From Octopus vulgaris (taxonomy: Eukaryota), in the NCBI GenBank assembly GCA_951406725.2, contig OX597819.1, forward strand, positions 84,630,001 to 84,694,000: a DNA stretch of 64,000 nucleotides. The letters run 5' to 3'. The stretch's first letter is position 1, and each line of letters starts with the position of its first letter. The position numbers and the translations under genes were made by a program. The notes beneath the pieces were generated by a model. It did not search any database and was not told where the DNA came from. It was given only the letters and a program-made list of their open reading frames with translations. This document shows positions 27,527-40,207 of the stretch, piece by piece.

Positions 27527-27527
<1 letters not shown>
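27275..27527. repeat. Older, diverged fold-back repeat next to (TA)n
   Basis: tttattgtgctcaatggctgtttcattaagat mirrors atcttaatgaaacagctgttgagcacaataaa. Confidence 0.85.
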
Positions 27528-27561
<34 letters not shown>

Positions 27562-27638
27562 GCAAACATATATACATAAATACCCACAAATCAACGATAA
27601 AATGGCTCCTTGTGTATCCGACTGGGCCAAATGCTCAC

Positions 27639-27773
27639 CCATCAATTTCAGCCAAGTTTAAGGAATATATACTTGAACTGTTTAATACTACATATAATAT
27701 TTGTAAACAAACCAGAAAGGCTTTGTAAGTTACTGAGAGAAAGCTGCTATGAAGACTTGTAGTATAATAATAA
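27639..27773 (-). CDS. Candidate exon: YYYTTSLHSSFLSVTYKAFLVCLQILYVVLNSSSIYSLNLAEIDG
   Basis: Only one frame is open; strong donor GG|gtgagc; acceptor tatacag| (alternative tttctctcag| at 27732). The phase-2 end fits 26319-26430. Confidence 0.35.
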
Positions 27774-28214
27774 CTGTATAATAATATATAATTATAGTAT
27801 ATACATATTTGCCTTTAGAAATTGAAATATGTCATAAGCATATTTTAACTAACCTAAATTCACTTATGCCTAAACACTGCTTGACACTGATGCTGCAGTA
27901 ATTTTTACTGACCTGATGTTCTAATGGTACAGCTCAATCAATGTTATTAATAGTGTTTTAGTTAAAGCCATAACTTTAAGTCTGTCCAGAGTTGACTCTC
28001 TTTGGTATTTCCCATTGATAATGGCTAAAGAGCTAGAAACACATCTGGGGTTCTGACAGGCAGCAGCACTGGACAGATGCAGTGATTTTCCACCTTCTTA
28101 CCATTAGAGAGAATTTTTTTTTGTCCACAGTAAATTCAGTGAATTTGACTTCAATAAAGTTGAAATAAGTCACAAATATATTTTAACTAACCTAAATTTA
28201 TATATATATATATA

Positions 28215-28415
28215 TATGAGAGGTTCTGCAAAGATCCTGGCTTTGGGTACAAAAAAAAATACAGAGGATCAGTTAATTTTGATTTTATTCAACATATTCC
28301 TCTCTCAGATTCACACGCCTACTGCAGCAGTCCTTCAATTTTCCTAAGCCCTGTAAAAGAACTTGGAAGTTTGGGCCTCCAACCAGGCCTTTCGCAATAC
28401 CTTTAAAACCAGGGA
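28215..28415. mobile_element. Mariner-derived MITE
   Basis: Same ~210-bp body as the copy at 47010-47228; imperfect TIRs; adjacent to (TA)n. Confidence 0.65.
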
Positions 28416-28483
28416 CTTTTCACACAACAGTACACTGTATATATGTGTGTGTGCGCGCATGTGTGTGTGTGTGTGTGTGTGTG

Positions 28484-30400
28484 TACAGGGTGTGGTGAAT
28501 GAATTGTCATCTAAATTACACAGAAATGAAAATAACACTGACATCTCATTTTATTAGACTGCCAAGAAAGTTCTTACGGTTTTTAACCTTTAAATTCAGA
28601 TGCACATATCTCAGCTCAAACAAAACTTTATTAATCGAAATAAACTTCATCAGAATCAACACACTTTTGCCAACGCGAAACAAGTTTATTTATGCCAGTA
28701 GTGTAAAAATTCTGTGTTCTGGTGGCGATGAAGTCGTTGAAGGCATGTTTGGCATTTCTTGGTTTTTGAAGCATTTCTCACACAAGAAGTTGTCGAGATG
28801 CTTGAAAAAGTGGTAGTCAGTAGGCGAGAGGTCTGGTGAATATGGCAGATGAGGCAGAGTTTCATAGCCCAATTTGTTCAACTTCTGCAGGGTCAGTTGT
28901 GCGACGTGCAGCTGAGCGTTGTCATGGAGAAGAATTGGTCCTTTTCTATTGACCAATGCTGGCTGTTGTTGTCGGAGTTTCTTATACATTTTATCCATTT
29001 GCTGACAGTACTTCTCCATCGTAATGGTTTCGCCTGGATCCAAAAAGCTGTGATGGATGAGACTGGCCACAAACCACCAAACAGTCACCATGACCTTCTT
29101 TTGGTGCAACTTTGGCTTCGGGAAGTGACATGGAGCTTCGTCGGTGTCCAACCACTGAGCTGAGCGTCACCGGTTGTTGTAAAGAATCCACGTTTCATCG
29201 CAAGTCACAATCCAGTCAAGAAACAGGTCGTTCTTGTTGCGTAAAAGAAGGGAAGAAAACACTTCAAAACAGCATTTTTTTTGGTTGTCGTTCAATTCGT
29301 GTGGCACCTATTTTTCAAGTATTTTGTTTTTCCAGTCTCTTTCAAGTGGTTGGAAATTGTCATAAACGTCACATCTCATTCAAAAGAAAGCTCTTGAACA
29401 GCTGTGCATGGATTGGCTTCAGCTAAGTCTCATAGCTGATCATTGTCAACATCCAATAACCAACCACTACGCTTATCATCTTCAAGACTCTCGTCATTGC
29501 TACAAAATTTCTTGAACCACCATTGTGCTGTACATTCATTAGTGGTTCCTGGGCCAAATGCATCATTGATATTGCGAGCTATTTCAGCAGCTTTTCAGCC
29601 TAGCTTGAACTGGAATAAAAAAAATTGTGTAAAATTTGCTTTTTGTCCATGTTGTATTCAATGTTCCAGAAAAAATGGCCTTTATTCAAAAAGAAAAAGA
29701 GTAACACGATTAGATAGAGTGAAAAGCGGGCTTTAAAATGATATATAAAGTCAAAGTAATTTAATGAAAATTAATTTGAAAATACATCATTTAAAACCAA
29801 AATTTAAAATTCCACAAGAACTTTCTTGACAACCTAATAATAGATATGTTTACCAAAATTACATAAAAATATCTTGAAATACTAAAGAAAAAATTTATTC
29901 GATAAAATCACATTTGGCATCAACCATGACCTCCAGACAACTTTGGAATCTCGTGCAACTCTTCTGGACAGTCTCCTTGTTTAAGTTGGTGAATTTTGCC
30001 ATAATCCTTGCCTTCAGTTCCTCTTTGGTGTTACAAGAAGTTTTCTTGGTCTCTTACTCAACTGTACCCAACAAATAATAAGCAGTCTGGTGGGGTTAGG
30101 TGGCCAGCTGTTACAGGTGATGTGGTCACAGAAATTGCCTGAGAGCCATGACTGGGTTCTCCTGCTTGTGTATTATGGTGCAGAGTCCTGTTGCCAGACA
30201 TAGGGTCTTCCAGCAGCCACCCCCTTGGTCCACGGCAGCACTACCTCCTTCAGGCACTTGATGTAGGCCTCCATGTTGAGTCTGAGGCTGTGCTGGAAGA
30301 TGAATAGTGATATAATGTTACCATCGCTAGTGGTCACTCCAAACATCTAGTTGTTAACTAGATGTTTGATTTTTATCACCTTCAGTCCTCAGATTGACAC
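28484..30400 (-). mobile_element. Tc1/maT-like element remnant interrupted by the mariner at 28554-29837
   Basis: Terminus TA|CAGGGTG at ~28484. Minus-strand translation of 29900-30380 gives WQQDSAP..TSRRTQSWL...WPPNP...NTKEELKARI...KSCTRF...DFIE*. Confidence 0.7.
28554..29837 (-). mobile_element. Full-length (1.28 kb) mariner element with pseudogenised transposase
   Basis: TIRs TTAG..TG.CAAGAAAGTTCTT with TA flanks; ORF 28690..29151 with KVMVTVWW, LHDNA, HLPYSPDLSPTDYHFF. Confidence 0.93.
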
Positions 30401-31000
30401 CCAAACACTCTGAAATGTATGTATTCTTTTCTTCTCTAGGCACAAGGCCTGAAATTTGGGGGGAGGGGTCCAGTCAATTAGATCAACCCCAGTACAAAAC
30501 TAGTACTTCATTTATCAACCCCGAAAGTATGAAAGCCAAAGTTGATCTTGGTGGAATTTGAACACAGAACATAAAGACAGGGGAAATACTGCTAAGCATT
30601 TTGCCCGGTGTGCTTATGTTTCTGCCAGCTTGCAGCCTCTGAAATGTATGTATTGGAGCTTCTGGTGCAAATACCAAGCAGTACAGCATGTTGTTTCCAA
30701 ATTTCTGGCTGAGAGAATTGCATCATGGTGCTGCCTTTCTTACAGACAGTGCCCAACTGACTATACTGACTATACTATGTAATTGACAAAATCAAAAACA
30801 AACAATGCACATACAGGCGCAGGAGTGGCTGTGTGGTAAGTAGCTTGTTTACCAACCACATGGTTCCGGGTTCAGTCGCACTGCGTGGCACCTTGGGCAA
30901 GTGCCTTCTACTATAGCCTCGGGCCGACCAAAACCTTGCGAGTGGATTTGGTAGACGGAAACTGAAAGAAGCCCGTCGTATATATGTATATATATATATA

Positions 31001-32645
31001 TCTCTATATATAAAACTGAAATGCGTTTTTACCGCTTGGATCGCTTTCAATGCCACTACGACCCGTCTGATTCGCTCCAAAATTTACAGGAACATGTAGA
31101 ATGAGGTGACGATGCCAGTGGGCTACCTTAGAAATCCCTATCTTAAAAGGTGTGGTTGCTAGGGGCCATCTTCCTCACTCACGCTATTTCCTCCTTTCCC
31201 TCTCTTACTCCCCTTCATTTAGTCCACTCCCGTTATTTAATGTAAGAACATTTTCACTCACTCTATCTCTTAGCTTCCCATAATTTTTACTCATGTATCT
31301 CTATACAGAGAAACAAATATTCCATCGCCATCGCCACCGCATTCTATTGTCTACCTGTCAACGCGCCCATCGACCAAATACAAACAGAACACACCAACGA
31401 GCGTTTATATACATGTGTGTGTGTGTGTTCTATATATAACTATGTATATATAATGTATATATACAAAGTGTATATATCTGTATTTATGTATATTAAACTT
31501 TTTAATACTTTTTGATAGTTACGTAAAGGGAACTGGTTGCTTCTTTACACTTTTTGGGTGCAACTTGGGTGCGAGACAGATAATTTTCTCTGTTAATTAC
31601 GTGACCAACAGGGGTCTAACAGGGGGAAATTATGCCTAAACATGAGCGCAGCGCATGTGAACATCCGAAGTGCTTTGAGTCGGGAGAAGAATTGAGCTGA
31701 CGCAGACGTGTTGCAAAACAAGGGAGTACACGTGCAGAACAGAGGTGCATGAGTGCAATAGGGCTTGCTAGGCTGAAATACAGTGTACAGTATTGAATAT
31801 CCCAGTGATTAATGCGGTAAGGCTGAGGCTGCCAGCCAGTGCTTGAGCTATTATATGCCTCGGTCGTACAGGAACAAAAGTGTAGCATGCTGGTGCGTTG
31901 TAAGGGACAAACAACTTTCTCTATGTATGCGTGACCGACCTAGGGTCTTACAGAGATGAGTTGTGTTTACAAGGGCACACTGAGCATGGAAAACAAGCGA
32001 GAAAGGAATGTGTAGCGTATGAATGTGACAGAGATAGTGTTTTGCTGTCTGCCTTGAAGCAGACCTTTCCGTTGCCACTGCCTGATATTTATGACTGATC
32101 TTTCTAAATATTTTATTTCTCAACTTACTCAAGATCTTTTGTTGTTTATAAATGGGAGAGAGATAGATAAAGATAGAGAGTAAGAGAAAGCGAGGGAGAG
32201 TCCGAGAGAAAGGAAGAGTAAGAGAGTGGGAAAATGATGGAGAGAAAGGAGAGAGAAACAAAGAGGGAGAATCATCATCATCATCGTTTAACGTCCGTTT
32301 TCTATGCTAGCACGGGTTGGACAGTTTGACAGGGGTCTGGGAAGCCAGGAGGCTGCACCAGGCTCCAGTCTGATCTGGCAGTGTTTCTACGGGTGGATGC
32401 CCTTCCTAACGCCAACCACTCTGTGAGCGTGGTGGGTGCTTTTTCGTGCCGCCGGCACAGGTGCCAAGGGGGTTGGCAGCGGCCACGATCGGTTGGTGCT
32501 TTTTACGTGCCACCAGCACAGAAGCCAGTCAAGGCGGCGCTGCATTCCGCCACGTTCGGATGGTGCTTTTTACGTGCTGAAAGGAAGCAACAGAAAGTAA
32601 CAACCACACACTTACCCGCGCGTAGAGCGGGTCACCTTCAGCTAG
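31001..32645 (+). mobile_element. Non-autonomous Helitron inserted into a SINE
   Basis: A|TC 5' end; subterminal hairpin ACCCGC-gcgtaga-GCGGGT then CTAG|T; no TSD. The host SINE head (30815-30980) and tail (32670-32890) flank it. Confidence 0.85.
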
Positions 32646-33346
32646 TATATATATATATATATATATATATGCATGTGTGTGTTTGTGTGTCTGTGTTTGT
32701 CCCCCTAGCATTGCTTGACAACTGATACTGGTGTGTTTATGACCCCGTTACTTAGCGGTTCGGCAAAAGAGACCGATAGAATAAGTACTGGGCTTACAAA
32801 GAATAAGTCCCGGGGTCAATATGCTTGACTAAAGGCTGTGCTCCAGAATGGCCGCAGTCAAATGACTGAAACAAGTAAAAGAGAAAGAGTAAAGAGTATA
32901 CACAAAATTACAAATATAAAATGGTGACAATTTTCCCACTGAACCCTGCATATATATATATATATTTAAAGAGAGAATAGGTGAAAGCAACATAAGCTTA
33001 CTATAGACAACACAGAGTAGTGCTCAAATAGATGGGAACTTATACTCCAACCTCTTCATCCAGGGCCAGCACACTGGCCTTGAAAGTTGGCCATAAGAAA
33101 ATTTTTTATCAGAGCTGTTATGTTGATAGTAAGGTAGAAAGACACAGTTAGGCTTGAAACATGTATTTAAATGGAGCACAAAATACAAATTATAAAATTT
33201 AAAAAAAAGAAACCCAAATAGAAAAGAAGAATTAAGTAGAGTCTTAGCTTTTCTCTTCTCTTTTGTTTCCTGTATTTCTTTTGTAATCTGTATTTTGTGT
33301 TCTGTGTAAGTGTGTCACAAGCCTGAGTTTATCTACCTTTCTCCTT

Positions 33347-33461
<115 letters not shown>

Positions 33462-33956
33462 TCATCATCATCATCATCATCGTTTAACGTCCGTTTTCCG
33501 CGCTAGCACGGGTTGGACGGTTTCGACCGGGGTCTGGGGAGCTCGGGACTGCCCCAGGCTCCAGTCTAGTCTGGCAGTGTTTCTACAGCTGGATGCCCTT
33601 CCTAACGCCAACCACTCCGCGAGTGTAGTGGGTGTTTTTTATGTGCCACCTGCACAAGTGCCAGAGGGGTCTGGCATCGGCCACGTTCGGATGGTGCTTT
33701 TTATGTGTGGGGGGGGTGCAGAAATATAGAGAAGCACCAGTGGGGAGGGGTGGTTCAGAGAAATGATGACAGGTTCTAGGCAAGTAGAACGTAGGATATC
33801 GAGAGAGGGGTAATGCATGGTGAAATAGCGTATTGAAGAGGGGGGTTCGAAGAGTAGACACCTATAATGGTGGTGGGAGAAGCGACATCCGGTATAGATG
33901 GAGCAAAAATATAGATATCCAGTATTGGTGGTGGGGGTGGGTAGGGCGGGTGCACC

Positions 33957-34366
33957 GCGAAGATACGAATGTTGATTAATACGAGGAGAAATGATATGAA
34001 ATGAATAAGATTAGATAAGATAGACAGATAGAGAAATTTGATAAAATTATGAATGGTCAGTAAAGAGTTGAAAATAGCAATTCAAAACACCTATCTTGTT
34101 AGCAATCGGAAATTCACAGCTTGTAGATGAGTGAGAGAGAGAGAGAGAGAGAGAGAGATAGTACATGTGAATTAGGGAGAAAAGGCTTCAAGATGGCGCG
34201 AAGATACGAATGTTGATTAATACGAGGAGAAATGATATGAAATGAATAAGATTAGATAAGATAGACAGATAGAGAAATTTGATAAAATTATGAATGGTCA
34301 GTAAAGAGTTGAAAATAGCAATTCAAAACACCTATCTTGTTAGCAATCGGAAATTCACAGCTTGTA

Positions 34367-34432
<66 letters not shown>

Positions 34433-34500
34433 TACATGTGAATTAGGGAGAAAAGGCTTCAAGATGGCGCGAAGATACGAATGTTGATTAATACGAGGAG
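33957..34500. repeat. Tandem duplication, about 2.1 units of 241/271 bp, each with a (GA)n tract
   Basis: Units start at 33957, 34198 and 34469 (gcgaagatacgaatgttgattaatacgaggag); they differ mainly in GA length. Confidence 0.95.
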
Positions 34501-34541
<41 letters not shown>

Positions 34542-34619
34542 CACGCATGTACATACACACTTGCACACACATGCACACACACTAAAATGCTGGAAGTTAT
34601 TTTCCTTCAATTCTTCACT

Positions 34620-34930
34620 ATTGCACAATAGGAATCTTGAGGGCATTATTGTCAAATGGAACAAACCCTAAGAACATGTTACCAAATGGAAAAAAATACT
34701 TCTTAGTTGAATACCTGATGTCGCTAAAGCACCAATCCAGCAAGTCGTAGATGAAGGTCTACTAATAAATACAAACAATTGCACAAACAAAAATCTTGCA
34801 GGATGTGGAGTACATATCACAAATATCAAAGCTGCTGGTTGGAACAATATTCTAACTGAGGTTTGGAAAACTGGTGCCCTCACAGAACATCTGTTGAATG
34901 TCTGCAATAGTTTGCTTAATAACATTTGTA
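34620..34930 (+). mobile_element. LINE RT fragment (RTE-like)
   Basis: KAAGWNNILTEVWKTG resembles the KAAG.D.I..E..K motif; heavily decayed. Confidence 0.45.
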
Positions 34931-36429
34931 AGCTTAAGACACAGTAATTCCATCAGTGCTAACAATCCTATCAACTGGATGTGGCATATACATTTACTTG
35001 TTGTGTAACTAGTAAATGTGCATGCACTTCAGTTGAAAAAAGTTTAAGGGCTATGGTGAAGGCAAAGGATGGCCATTTTGAATCGCAAATATATGTAAAA
35101 TACAGTCAATAAATATAACAATCAGACTGTAAACTTTCATAAACCAAAACCTAAAACTTGTTATTTTATGATAAAATGACTGATAATCGTGTTGCACCCA
35201 GTATTTCAGTGTCACTGTAAACTGAATGCAATATATTATAAGCCTTTGTAGGATTTTCAGATGAAGCCCTACCTAATGTGTGTCTCTGCCACACTGTTCA
35301 AAAATGTATTCTGAAATATAGGCCTTGGGATGAGCTTGCGCATGTAAAAAGAACTTATGAACTTCTTGGTTAATTAATTAACCCACTGGATTTCTCATTC
35401 AGTTAAATTTACTCATTAACTAAAGAAGCTCATCATTATCATCACCATCATGACCAACAGAAAGAAATGTATGAAAACATTGACAAAGCATCAACATCCT
35501 CAGATATCTATGATCACGAAAATATTGAAGATGATTAAAAAGCATCAAGAAAATGTTGGAGAGGAGCAATCATCAAGGAAGAGGGTCAGGTCAGGGGAAG
35601 TAAATTAACACTTAACATCGAAAGCTTTGACAGCACGAAAGCAAGCTAAGCAAGCCAACAAGCCAATAATAACAATGATGATAATGACAATGATAACAAC
35701 AATTGCCATAGTAAATAACAACAGCAGAGGAAAAAGAGACTGCCACAATCACACCATAAGACATACAACAAAAGTAGAAACAACATGGTACAGATGTATC
35801 ACTCAACTACAGTATTATCTGAATGGAGAACTAGAATATGATGAGTTTTAAACACACAAGGTTGAAATCTTTACAGCTGGTGAGAGCTTTGATGAACCTG
35901 CCATATTAAAGACACACATGCACACAAACAGACTTCTTGAGGTAACTGTTCAAAGAGTGAATAAATTCTTTTCATAAGATTCCCCACATGATGCTGGAGA
36001 TTTAAAAAATTGTCCTGAATAAGAGGATATTGGAGGACTCTTTGAAGGGCTCCTAAAAAAATTATCTCTTGACCAGGAAAATAAACCTTGCTTTCACCTA
36101 TTTTTTTTTTCACTTTCTTCTTATCCTCCTTACATGGCCATACTAAGAATAGACTGTAAAAATTCACAAGGCCTGGGGTTTGCATGGATGAAAGGGCACC
36201 CGCTCAATGGCCTCAGGTCATTAAATCTGGAAAAGGTAACCATCAGCAAGATCAGGTTTTCTAAAATACATTCATTCATTCAGGGCCAGCCCCAGGGTTG
36301 CTGGCATCCTGGGCAAGCTCAATGTCAGTGTGTACAAGCTGACAGTTGTGGAAATTTCCTTGTCTTTGTCATGCTCTCCTTGGTGCCCCTTAGCACATGG
36401 TACCCCAGGTAACTGCTTAAATTGCTGGT

Positions 36430-37700
36430 ACCTTGAGCCGGTCCTGCACTCATTCTTCTTCCAGTTGACAACACTGATTTATACCTTTCACAGTCAGCTT
36501 CAATAAATGGTATGAGCAGAGCTGTTTCAGAAAATTCTGAATTTTGAGGAAAGCATGATCTTTCAGATCAGTGACATGAACATAAACAGCAGGGAAGGTA
36601 CAGAGGAGGATTTTCAGACAAGTGGCTATGTACTCCTCAGTTGGAGATGAATCACTAGTCCTTTTTTTTTTTTTTTTTTTTTTACTGCTTTGACATGTGC
36701 AAGAACATCTCACTCATTAGTTTCATTAAGTGTTTAATTTGACATTTTGGATGCCTGCAGAAACTGCAAGGGCATAGCCCTGCAAACCTGCTCAGGCAGA
36801 TAGATATTACCTCTTTTACTCTTTACTCTTTTACTTGTTTCAGTAATTTGACTGCGGCAATGCTGGAGCACCGCCTTTTAGTCGAGCAAATCGACCCCAG
36901 AACTTATTCTTTGTAAGCCCAGTACTTATTCTATCGGTCTCTTTTGCCGAACCGCTAAGTGACAGGGACATAAACTCACCAGCATCGGTTGTCAAACACA
37001 GACACACAAACATATACAGACACATACATATATATATATACATATATGCGACAGGCTTCTTTCAGTTTCCGTCTACCAAATCCACTCACAAGGCATTGGT
37101 CGGCCCGAGGCTATAGCAGAAGACACTTGCCCAAGATGCCACGCAGTGGGACTGAACCCGGAACCATGTGGTTGGTAAGCAAGCTACTTACCACACAGCC
37201 ACTCCTGTGCCTGAATTTTTTCTGATGTGCAATGTGGGTTTGAGTAAACTGCAGTGGGTCATTCAGGCCATACTTAGCATTTTTGTCCAGTGAAAGTGGT
37301 TCAGTTTCAAGCATCTGACTCCTGGGTTCACAAATTCATAATCTGTTTGGTCAATTTACATGAGACCAATGTACAATGTCCTGAATTCTGGAAGCTAAAC
37401 ATGTTTTTCCCTGGGATGAAAAGATTTCAAGGATTAGATTAACATATTACTCAAGTAGGAATTGACATTAGGTAGTGGATCAACTAAACAATAAATAAGG
37501 TTTAGACATCCATATGTATGCACACAAGGAAGATACATATTGCTGGTTGATAGACTATGAAGATGCATGTTTAAAGCACAAAATTGAAGTTGGTGGATTC
37601 TTCTGTCACAAACAGCTGATGAAGCTTTTGCAATTTCTTGCTGAACAACCTGCATGGTTATTTGTTTATAGTATGCCTGTCTAGGTACAGGATGTGCCAC
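36430..37700 (-). mobile_element. Heavily decayed RTE-like LINE C-terminal region, split by a SINE
   Basis: QEIAKASSAV (compare RIAKASAAF) and TYGC (compare LYGCETW) in ORF 37434..37700. Confidence 0.4.
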
Positions 37701-40207
37701 TCGTCAGATGTCAAAGTGATCACAGAACAATGTGAGATGAAGTGTTTTGCTCAAGAGCACAGTGCACCACTCAGTCCAGAAATCGAAACTTAAGATCTTG
37801 TGATCATGAACTTGTACCTAATTACAGATTAAAGAAAAAAATATAAACAGTTCTATCTGCTGGAAAGAATTAACTGAATAAAAAACCATCCAAGACATCA
37901 ACAATTACATGAGCCTTGCAGTAATTCTGCTTAATTGCTGCAGTAGAATTCTAAGTCAGCAGTAATTCTATGGATGCTCATTTTTCTTTTCTTAAATTAA
38001 TTTCACATTTGTCACATTCTGTCCTTGAGGTATTTCCATGTAAAAAAAAATTGTAGTAATACTGCATTGCATTGATTTGAAAAACAAAAGAAAATAGTGA
38101 TAATGTTGAGCAGTTTATTGACAATAGCATTAGTGATAAACTAAAGGGAATGTACAGGAAGAGAAAAAAAAACAATAAAAAATGCCTTTCTTATAAAACA
38201 TGTTTGTCATATTTCGTTTTTGGATTTGGTTTTCAAGATTCTTTATATGAGTTTGTGTGTTGAAGCATATTCTGTTGTGTCTGGGGAGAGTCATTCTCTT
38301 TTAGTGCCTTATTATTTAACACACTCACCAGTAAAATTTTCACTTATTTCCTATTTTTTTTATTTCCTAAAATTTTCGTTGTGTCTTGCAACCTTTTCAA
38401 GACTTGAAAAGGCACTAAAAGAGAATGACTTTCCCCAGATACAACAGAATGTTTGTCATATTTCAACATTTTTCTCTCCTCCTACAAAGAATGTTGTTAT
38501 GTACACCATGTTACTTATTACATCTTTTCAATGAAGATCTAAAGTTATATATGATTGGTGATTGTTGCATTTTTGTTCATTTCTGTTGTTTCTAGCTCAA
38601 GCAAAGTTGTACAGAGGCAAGAGTTGGCCTTCAAATTGTGAAAAATAGTGAGCTGAGTTCACAGGCAAAAGTGGTCAGTTGGCTAAAATAACTTGAGCAG
38701 TTAGTAGTATTTTGTGCTAAACAGAGAATTTTTTTAGTGGTTATTGTAAAAAAAAAATGTGCTTGATTGTGTCAAAATTTCATAAAGCATATTTTGTTCC
38801 AAACAACAAAAATGCCTGTGGGTTTTGAGTCATCATTTGTATGCTGATTTGTAGCTGTTAAAACAGAAACAAGTCTGTTTTGTTTAAATTTCAAGGTTAC
38901 CAATTTTAGGAAATTAAAAAGTTGTTTGTAGATCCATATAACAACAATAACTGTTTATGTATAATTTACCCTAAACACCAACAACAAAAAAAAAACGAGA
39001 TCTCTTCTACCTGATTGGTAGAATAATTAGGTTTGTAAGTACAGATTAAAATAGGGCAGAATTCAGATGTACAAAATACTAAAGTAAAAATAACAGATAT
39101 TATTTTCGATGTCAATTCAGATAAAGCTTACATAAATGTGCTACATAGATGTGTTTATGTAAATGTGGAGGGAACCTGTGGAAGGGGTAGACCTAGGAAG
39201 CCATGAGACGAAGTAGTGATATATGATCTTCAGTTGTTGAGCTTCACAGAGGTTATGACAAGTGACTGAGACTTCTGCTGAGTTGCTGTGCTTGGGAAGA
39301 CACATCAAGCTAAGTGCCAGTGACATGTAAAAGGCAACTGTGCCAGTGACATGAAAACAAGCATCCAATTCACTCCGTAAAGTATTGATGTTAGGAAGGG
39401 CATCCAGCTGTAGAAACCAAGCTAAAACAGACAACTGTTCCAGTCAAACCATCCAACAAATGCCAGCATGGAAATTGGACAGTAAATGATGATGATGATG
39501 ATGATGATGATATGTTTGTGGGAATGTACATCGATAGGTTACTTAGATAATTTATTTTGTAGAAATGTCTTAAGAATAATGTACAACAATGTAATAACTT
39601 GTGTTGTAGAAGCAAATGTATGTGATTAGATAACAACCAGAGAAAAAAATAGATAACATCGAAGCTTTTAAACTAACTGATAAATTTTTTTTTTTTTTTT
39701 TGTTGGAGCTCAATCAAAAGATTGCTTGCCAAATTAAACTACTATTGTGAGAAAGAGATGCTACTAGTGTGAGAAAGAGATGCTGAGCAAATGAGCCAAA
39801 ATGAATTTTTATTCTCTGGATATAGTAAAAAAAATGGCTCAACAGGCTATCAGTTGCTGATTGATTAAAACAACATGCATTACAATAACAAATCTAATAA
39901 AATGGTCAAGTGTTTTGTTTATCTAGCAAAAAGGAAGGAGAAAAAGTGCTTACAGGCTATTAGTTTCAGATTAGCTTAAATTACGCACGTGACAATAGTA
40001 AAACTAAAGTATCATCTGCACGAGATCACTACAGAAAGAATGGTAATATAATGAATTCATATGGGCAAATTTATATATGGTTTATATTTCTAACAACATC
40101 AACCAATTACAGCCATCATTCATGAGTATGTAACATACTGCCACCAATCTCTCTAGGTGCCGATGTAGTGTGTGTTTATTTTCTGGAATTTATGTAAGCT
40201 TCATGTA

